From positions 1 through 21,980 of the forward strand of contig JAYVCD010000003.1 in NCBI GenBank assembly GCA_043750125.1: a stretch of DNA of 21,980 bases, written 5' to 3'. The DNA comes from Archangiaceae bacterium. Lineage in GTDB: Bacteria; Myxococcota; Myxococcia; Myxococcales; Myxococcaceae. Positions 17,311-21,980 of this stretch are shown piece after piece. Numbering within the stretch: the first letter of the stretch is position 1; every line of letters begins with the position of its first letter. The position numbers and the translations under genes are program-made. The notes below the pieces were generated by a model. The model ran no database searches. It was not told where the DNA came from and saw only the letters and a program-made list of their open reading frames with translations.

Positions 17311-17991
17311 ATGAACTCAATGGGTGAACAACAATCGATACTTCCCGATGAAGCGCTGGTCTCACGAATTCAGGAAGGAGACGCCAGCCTCTTCGTCACC
17401 TTGATGAGGCGGCACAACCGGTCCGTTTACCGGGTCATCCGCAGCGTGATTCGAGACGAGTCGGCGGTCGAAGACGTGATGCAGGACACGTATGTCAATG
17501 CCTTCACTCACCTGAAGGATCTGGCCGGAGCGGGCGCACTCTCTACCTGGTTGCGCCAAATCGCGTTTCGCGAAGCGCTTCATCGCGTTCGTCGCGTACG
17601 CACCTCGCCGTTCTCGGAGGTTGCCTTGGACACATTGGATCCCGCCTCTCCACTGCCGAGCCCCGAAGGGGACGCCGGTCGCGCCGAGTTGAAGGTCGCG
17701 CTCGAGCACGCGATCGACGCGCTGCCCGATGATTACCGGGAAGTCTTCATGCTCCGCGCGGTCGAAGGCTGCTCGGTGGCCGAGACAGCCAGCGTGCTGG
17801 GCGTCCACGAAGAGACAGTGAAGACCCGGCTGTTCCGGGCCCGGGCACGGCTGCAGGAAACGCTCTCGTCCTGGATCGATCAGGACGCGCCCGACGCGTA
17901 CGCCTTCCCCGCCGTGCGCTGCAACCGGGTCGCGGTGGCCGTCCTCAAGCGGCTCGAGGAGCTCGACGGTCGTTCACCGGACAGTCACTGA
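17311..17991 (+). CDS. ECF-subfamily RNA polymerase sigma-70 factor with a short C-terminal RC-motif extension
   Basis: Region 2 (LMRRHNRSVYRV...EDVMQDTY...STWLRQIA), region 4 (AIDALPDDYREVFMLR...TVKTRLFRAR) and tail YAFPAVRCNRV. Start could be 17260, 17311 or 17320. Confidence 0.92.
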   Translation: MNSMGEQQSILPDEALVSRIQEGDASLFVTLMRRHNRSVYRVIRSVIRDESAVEDVMQDTYVNAFTHLKDLAGAGALSTWLRQIAFREALHRVRRVRTSPFSEVALDTLDPASPLPSPEGDAGRAELKVALEHAIDALPDDYREVFMLRAVEGCSVAETASVLGVHEETVKTRLFRARARLQETLSSWIDQDAPDAYAFPAVRCNRVAVAVLKRLEELDGRSPDSH

Positions 17992-18300
17992 GCCCTTCAT
18001 TTCGGGGTGAACGGTGCAGCCGTAGGGAATTTGCCCCTTTTCGCTCGCCGTCCATTCCCAGCTCGCGCTCGGCGCGATGAGAGCCGAGTCGAACCGTTTG
18101 TCGCTGGCCGTGGCGGTGTGAGGAACGAGGTCCTCATTCGTCCACCGGACTTTGTCCCCGCGGTGAACGGTGAGCTGGGCGGGGACGAAGTGCATCCCCC
18201 GAATCGCGACCTGGTGTTCCTTCGGCGCGTCGGGCCTGGCCGCGGCCAGCACGGTGAATAGCGCTACGGCTGTGGCGAATGTCGACAGCCGCCAACTCAT
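17974..18300 (-). CDS. Cupredoxin (amicyanin/plastocyanin-like type-1 copper protein)
   Basis: Signal peptide; FVPAQLTVHRGDKVRWTN; His ligand in VPHTATA; C-x2-H-x2-M in YGCTVHPEMKG. ATGA overlap with the upstream gene. Confidence 0.9.
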   Translation of the reverse strand: MSWRLSTFATAVALFTVLAAARPDAPKEHQVAIRGMHFVPAQLTVHRGDKVRWTNEDLVPHTATASDKRFDSALIAPSASWEWTASEKGQIPYGCTVHPEMKGSVTVR

Positions 18301-18845
18301 TTGGCGAGCGTCTTGTTGAGGGTGCGGGCGTGCTCGAGGTGGGTGGCGATCGCCGGGCGCACCTTGACGATCAACGCCTTGAGCTCGGCGTTCTTCGCGT
18401 TCGGTACCAGGACCTTGTCGATCGTGTCGAGCACCGCCACGTGGTAGTCGACCTCGTGCGAGACATAGGCCTTGTCGAACGCCGCGCCCTTGAGGTCCTT
18501 CAGCTTGGCGAGGTTCTGCGTTCCTCCCTCGCGCAGGCTTTTGCTGGTGTCATTCTCTTCGGGCGTCACTCCCAGCTTCGTCACCAGGTCTGACGCGCTC
18601 TGATTCACCGAGGTGTGATCGGTGATCATCATCTCGGCAAACTTCGTGACCTCGGGGTTGGTGGTCTGCTTCTTCGCCAACTGGCCCGCTTCGATGTCGA
18701 CCGCGTTGGCGGCGACCACGATGGCGGCGATCTGCGGGTCGGTCGGTTTGGCTTTGGCTGCTTCCTTTGCGGCAGGCGCAGCGGCGAACGCGAGGCAGGA
18801 AAGCAGACCGGAACAAAGGACGGCGCGGGTCGAAAAATCGAACAT
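18297..18845 (-). CDS. DUF4142-domain secreted protein (ferritin-like helical fold)
   Basis: GGAG RBS before ATG 18845; signal peptide; TDPQIAAIVVAAN..DIEAGQLA, FAEMMITDH, FDKAYVSHEVDYH, HLEHA. Confidence 0.88.
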   Translation of the reverse strand: MFDFSTRAVLCSGLLSCLAFAAAPAAKEAAKAKPTDPQIAAIVVAANAVDIEAGQLAKKQTTNPEVTKFAEMMITDHTSVNQSASDLVTKLGVTPEENDTSKSLREGGTQNLAKLKDLKGAAFDKAYVSHEVDYHVAVLDTIDKVLVPNAKNAELKALIVKVRPAIATHLEHARTLNKTLAK

Positions 18846-18872
18846 GGGGACTCCAGGGTGAGGGTTCAACCC

Positions 18873-18903
18873 CTACAGAGCCCCCACCGCGAAAAGCGTT
18901 GCA
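18873..18903 (-). promoter_or_regulatory. Putative ECF-sigma promoter of the DUF4142-cupredoxin operon
   Basis: TGCAAC-GCTTTTCGCGGTGGGGG-CTCTGTAG; AAC in the -35 element is typical of ECF promoters; matches 17120-17150. Confidence 0.5.
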
Positions 18904-18912
18904 GCCGATCGC

Positions 18913-19746
18913 TCAAGAGCCGGTTTCGTTCCGCTTTTGAAACCGGGCTCCCATCGCGTACGCGGTCCGGGCGAGGGTGGCGACGTAGGTGGCGGCGGAC
19001 CCAGGCGCCGCGTCCAGATAGAGGTAGGGCTCGATCAGCTCTACTTCCATCAAGTGCAGCTCCTCGCCCAGAACGACGCCGTCCACGCGCGCGTAGAGGG
19101 GAGCCTCGGGAAGCGCCGCCAGCACGCGCTCAGCGCTCTGAATCATCTTCGGGGTGGGCGAAATTCCGCTCGCGGTTCCTCCGAACTGAATCTGAACGCG
19201 AAACTCGTTGGGAACGGGCTTCTTGAGGACCGCGTGGCTGAAGACTCCGTTGAAGAAGATGAGCGAGTGCTCTCCGACGCGCCCGATCTCGGGAAGGAAG
19301 GGCTGAACGAGCAGCCCTACGGACGCTTGAAGTGCTTGCGCCTCGGCCTGGTGGACAGCGGCCGTGCCGCGATCGACGACGTAAGTACGAAAGGCGCAGC
19401 CCGAGATCGCGGGCTTGATCACCGCGCGGTCCCAGCCCGCCTGCTCGAGCAGCTCGGTGAGGTTCTGGCTCGGGCCTCCTTTGAAGTGAAGCGTCGGAAT
19501 GATTTTCACCCCCCGCGCCGCAAGTTCGAGCAGGTAGACCTTGTCGAGATTCCATCGGACCAACGACGCCGAGTTGACCAACGGAATCCCTGAGGCTTCC
19601 ACCCGATCGAGCCAGGCTTTGAGCTCGGCGATGCGCTCGAAGTAGTCCACCCCCGCGGCGGCAAGAGCGGGGGTGGACGCTTGTTCTTCGAGGAAGAGAT
19701 CCGGAAGTGCCGCGTACGTTAGAATTGCGATTCGGGGTCGGAGCAC
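18913..19746 (-). CDS. ATP-grasp (RimK/glutathione synthetase-like) protein with an apparent in-frame internal deletion
   Basis: RIAILT, RWNLDKVYL, VIKPAISG, LVQPFLPEI..GEHSLIFF, LYARVDGV, LMEVELIEP. Probable GTG start at 19746. ALAAAGV runs straight into DYF, lacking the segment normally found between them. Confidence 0.8.
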   Translation of the reverse strand: MLRPRIAILTYAALPDLFLEEQASTPALAAAGVDYFERIAELKAWLDRVEASGIPLVNSASLVRWNLDKVYLLELAARGVKIIPTLHFKGGPSQNLTELLEQAGWDRAVIKPAISGCAFRTYVVDRGTAAVHQAEAQALQASVGLLVQPFLPEIGRVGEHSLIFFNGVFSHAVLKKPVPNEFRVQIQFGGTASGISPTPKMIQSAERVLAALPEAPLYARVDGVVLGEELHLMEVELIEPYLYLDAAPGSAATYVATLARTAYAMGARFQKRNETGS

Positions 19747-19912
19747 ATTTATGTGTATATGTGTATGGTTGAATTTAGGCGAAGGGAAGAGCGAAGCGCG
19801 AAGAATCCGAAATCTGGCGGTACGTTCGAGCGATGAATCGTCGAATCGCCAACCCGTGGCCGGCTCGTCAGATGCTCCCTGCGGTGAAACCACCGGGCCA
19901 GGGGGTTTAAAG

Positions 19913-20359
19913 ATGATCCGATTCGGAATCGTGGTGTTTGATGGCTTTGACGAGCTCGACGTCGTCGGGCCGTGGGAAGTGCTGCGCAGCGCGGCGAAGT
20001 TCGGCGCTCCGTTCGAGACGGTGCTCTTTTCCTTCGAAGGTGCCCGTACTTTCGAGGCCAGTCACGGCCTTCGGGTGGTGGTCGAAGCCGAGGACCCGTC
20101 GTCGTTCGATTGGATCGTAGTCCCGGGCGGAGGCTGGGTGAGCCGCAACACCCGCAGCGCGTGGGCCGAGATTCAACGAGGGGAACTGACCGCCGCGCTG
20201 CGCGCCCTGCGTGCGACCGGAAAATCGATGGCCTCGGACCTGGCGCTCTGGCTCACCGAGCGATTGGCTTCGGCCGAGATCTCACTGAAGGTCGCGCAGA
20301 ACATGGAACATCAGCGGGTCGGGCGGGTTCATCGGGGCGCCCGCTCAGGCCGTTCTTGA
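19913..20359 (+). pseudogene. DJ-1/PfpI-family protein lacking the catalytic-Cys segment (in-frame deletion)
   Basis: FDGFDELDVVGPWEVL, SHGLRV and DWIVVPGG are present, but MAS is joined directly to DLALW. The protein has no Cys at all (148 aa). Confidence 0.75.
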
Positions 20360-20839
20360 CGCCGCGAACCCCTTCTCGAGCTTGCCCAACTGACCCTTCC
20401 AGCCCGCAACCATCCGTTCGGTCCACGTCGCATCGTGCATCGCGTCGAGCGTCAGCATCATGCGAACGCCCTGAGCATGGGCGGTCAGCTCGACCGAGGC
20501 AGCCACCTCGTACGGCGCGACGCCCGGAATGAAGTCGGCAACCGTGGCCCAGGCCAGCCGCTGTTGGGGGACGATTTCCGAGTAGGTGACCTTCGTCTCG
20601 GTCGTCAGCGGCAGCCCGGCTCTCTTCATGAACCCCACCTGATCCGGACCCGTCGCGGTCATCGCGTATAGCATCTGGCCGTCCGGGGTCAGGTCGAGTG
20701 CGTGGACCTTCACCTCGAAGCCTTCGGGTCCCCACCAGGACTCGATGCCCTCTGGGGTGGTCCACAGATCCCAGATGTCTTCGAGGGTGGCTTTGAACGT
20801 TCGTTCGAGGGTGATCTGAGTCTTCGTAGGGTTTCTCAT
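20345..20839 (-). CDS. SRPBCC/AHSA1 (START-fold) domain protein
   Basis: LERTFKA...IWDLWTTPEGIESWWGPEG...LDLTPDG...YSEIVPQQRL...GWKGQLGKL. Confidence 0.9.
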   Translation of the reverse strand: MRNPTKTQITLERTFKATLEDIWDLWTTPEGIESWWGPEGFEVKVHALDLTPDGQMLYAMTATGPDQVGFMKRAGLPLTTETKVTYSEIVPQQRLAWATVADFIPGVAPYEVAASVELTAHAQGVRMMLTLDAMHDATWTERMVAGWKGQLGKLEKGFAASRTA

Positions 20840-20873
20840 CGGGGCTGCTCAAAAAAGGGTCGAGCCCGGGTTT

Positions 20874-21578
20874 CTAGATCCGGACGCGCAGCACCGCATT
20901 GAAGGTCGTCACGTCGCCGCCCGCGATGTCTTCGTCGGCGGAGAACTTCTCGCCGATGAAGAAATGGTAGGTGGCCTCGGCGCCGATGCTGAACTGCTCG
21001 GTAATCGGAATGCCCACTCCGACGCCCATCGGGACGCCAGGCTCGGTGCTGCCGTTGAACGCCGTGCCCAGGCGGGCTTCAGCCGTCGCGCCGGAAATCG
21101 ACGTGCCGTAGATCCCGGCGCCCACGAACAGGTAGGGCTGGACGTAGCTCAGCGGGAGCGTGAGGCGAACCTCGGCGAGCGCGGCGTTGGTGACCAGGCG
21201 CGCCGGCCCCGCGGGCGAGTAGTCCTTTCCGATCAGGTTGATCGTCCCCATGTAGTGGGCATCGACCGCGAGCCACCGGGTGAATTCCCACCCGATGCGA
21301 AAGCCCCACGACGGGCCGGGCGAGACGCCGGAACCGGTGCCCTTTCCGAACCCGAACGGGCTGCCCTCTTCGAAGGCCCCGACGCCTCCTTCAAAGCCCA
21401 ACGTGAGGTGGGGGAAGGAGCAGGGTCGATCGCGGAAGTAGCAGGGTGGGGGTGGCTCGGCCGCGGGCGTCAGGGGCTCGACCACCGGGGTCAGCGGCTC
21501 TGCGACCTGTGCGATCGCGGTCGTTGTCAGGAGGAGACTACCGAGGACTGCGTGGCGGGCAATGGTGTGGAGGGTCAT
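20874..21578 (-). CDS. Outer-membrane beta-barrel (OmpA-like transmembrane domain) protein
   Basis: Signal peptide ending AIA; Pro-rich linker; amphipathic strands WGFRIGWEF, VQPYLFVGAGIY, GVPMGVGV, SIGAEATYH and a terminal beta strand. Confidence 0.8.
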   Translation of the reverse strand: MTLHTIARHAVLGSLLLTTTAIAQVAEPLTPVVEPLTPAAEPPPPCYFRDRPCSFPHLTLGFEGGVGAFEEGSPFGFGKGTGSGVSPGPSWGFRIGWEFTRWLAVDAHYMGTINLIGKDYSPAGPARLVTNAALAEVRLTLPLSYVQPYLFVGAGIYGTSISGATAEARLGTAFNGSTEPGVPMGVGVGIPITEQFSIGAEATYHFFIGEKFSADEDIAGGDVTTFNAVLRVRI

Positions 21579-21592
21579 GGGCCGGCAAGCTG

Positions 21593-21608
21593 TGCAACGA
21601 GGAGGCCG
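21593..21608 (-). promoter_or_regulatory. Possible sigma54 promoter for the beta-barrel gene
   Basis: Minus strand CGGCCTCCTCGTTGCA (GG-N10-GC, TTGCA) ending 14 nt before ATG 21578; weak -24 match. Confidence 0.3.
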
Positions 21609-21737
21609 CAAAATCGGCGTGGATCTCTGGGCATTTGCCATTGGGGGGCGGGTGTGGCGCGCTCGCAAGAATGCCTCAGTGGAGCTCGCGCTTGCGGCCG
21701 CTTGCCGCGGTGCCTTGAGTTAGGCTGGTCGCCCATG

Positions 21738-21980
21738 GTGCGTCGTGAAGGCAAAGACTCAGCGGGAGGAGCAGAGCCCGAGGGGTCAGAGCCGCGCTGC
21801 GCTTTTCCAGCGGGTGAAAGTCCCGTCCGGGTAATCGCCGGAGAGCCCGGTAGCAGACCACCGCCTGAGGCCCAGAGGCCGACTGGTGAAGCGTGGCGTC
21901 AAGAGCCTTCAGCGGCGAAAGCCGTGCGAAGGGAGCAACAACGCGGGCCGCAACATCAAGTGAAGCCTGCCGCCTCGTCA
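21738..21980 (+). mobile_element. 5' end (domain I) of a probable group II intron, truncated by the window edge
   Basis: Begins with the GUGYG consensus (GTGCG at 21738). Contains TCCAG-CGGGTGAAAGTCCCG hairpin (21811-21825), CCGGG...CCCGG pairing, GGTAGC...TGAAGCGT, a CGGC-GAAA-GCCG GNRA hairpin and GCCTCGTCA, the order of elements I recall from bacterial group II intron domain I. The RT ORF and domain V are not in the window. Confidence 0.72.

Noticed and set aside
19673..19912. Upstream extensions of the ATP-grasp and DJ-1 ORFs
   Set aside because: They overlap each other and lack family similarity; homology starts at 19746 and 19913.
20840..20873. GGGCTCGACCC-TTTTTT as a terminator after the beta-barrel gene
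   Set aside because: Only a 3-bp stem; too weak to call.
21450..21505. Repeated EPLTP coding sequence (and DAG repeats at about 3790-3910)
   Set aside because: Ordinary low-complexity protein linkers.
21676..21861. 61-aa ORF MVCYRALRRLPGRDFHPLE...
   Set aside because: Antisense translation of the intron-like RNA, not a protein gene.
1..21980. tRNA, rRNA, integrase or transposase ORFs
   Set aside because: None recognisable in the window.

Overview
GC-rich bacterial DNA, very probably from a myxobacterium (Myxococcota): it carries a MYXO-CTERM-type sorting tail, a kinase-TPR gene remnant and sigma54-like promoters. Both edges lie in mobile elements. At the left, an IS21-like terminal repeat (1-97) truncates a nucleotidyltransferase gene; at the right is the 5' end of a probable group II intron (from 21738). 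Between them are: a wHTH + nucleotidyltransferase pair (toxin-antitoxin-like); small secreted proteins; a lipoprotein combining an alpha/beta-hydrolase-like domain, LGFP repeats and a MYXO-CTERM tail; an intact copper/silver efflux cluster (copA and cusCBA-like genes); a second, orphan nucleotidyltransferase; and a redox module (di-heme cytochrome c, ECF sigma factor with a C-terminal RC motif, DUF4142 protein, cupredoxin). The two transcription units flanking the sigma gene share a 31-bp ECF-promoter-like motif, which makes this module the best candidate for an undescribed system. Many accessory genes are eroded by deletions, some in-frame: sigma remnant, kinase-TPR, cytochrome, PEGA-like fragment, ATP-grasp and DJ-1/PfpI. 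All family calls come from motif recognition by eye; no database search was run.
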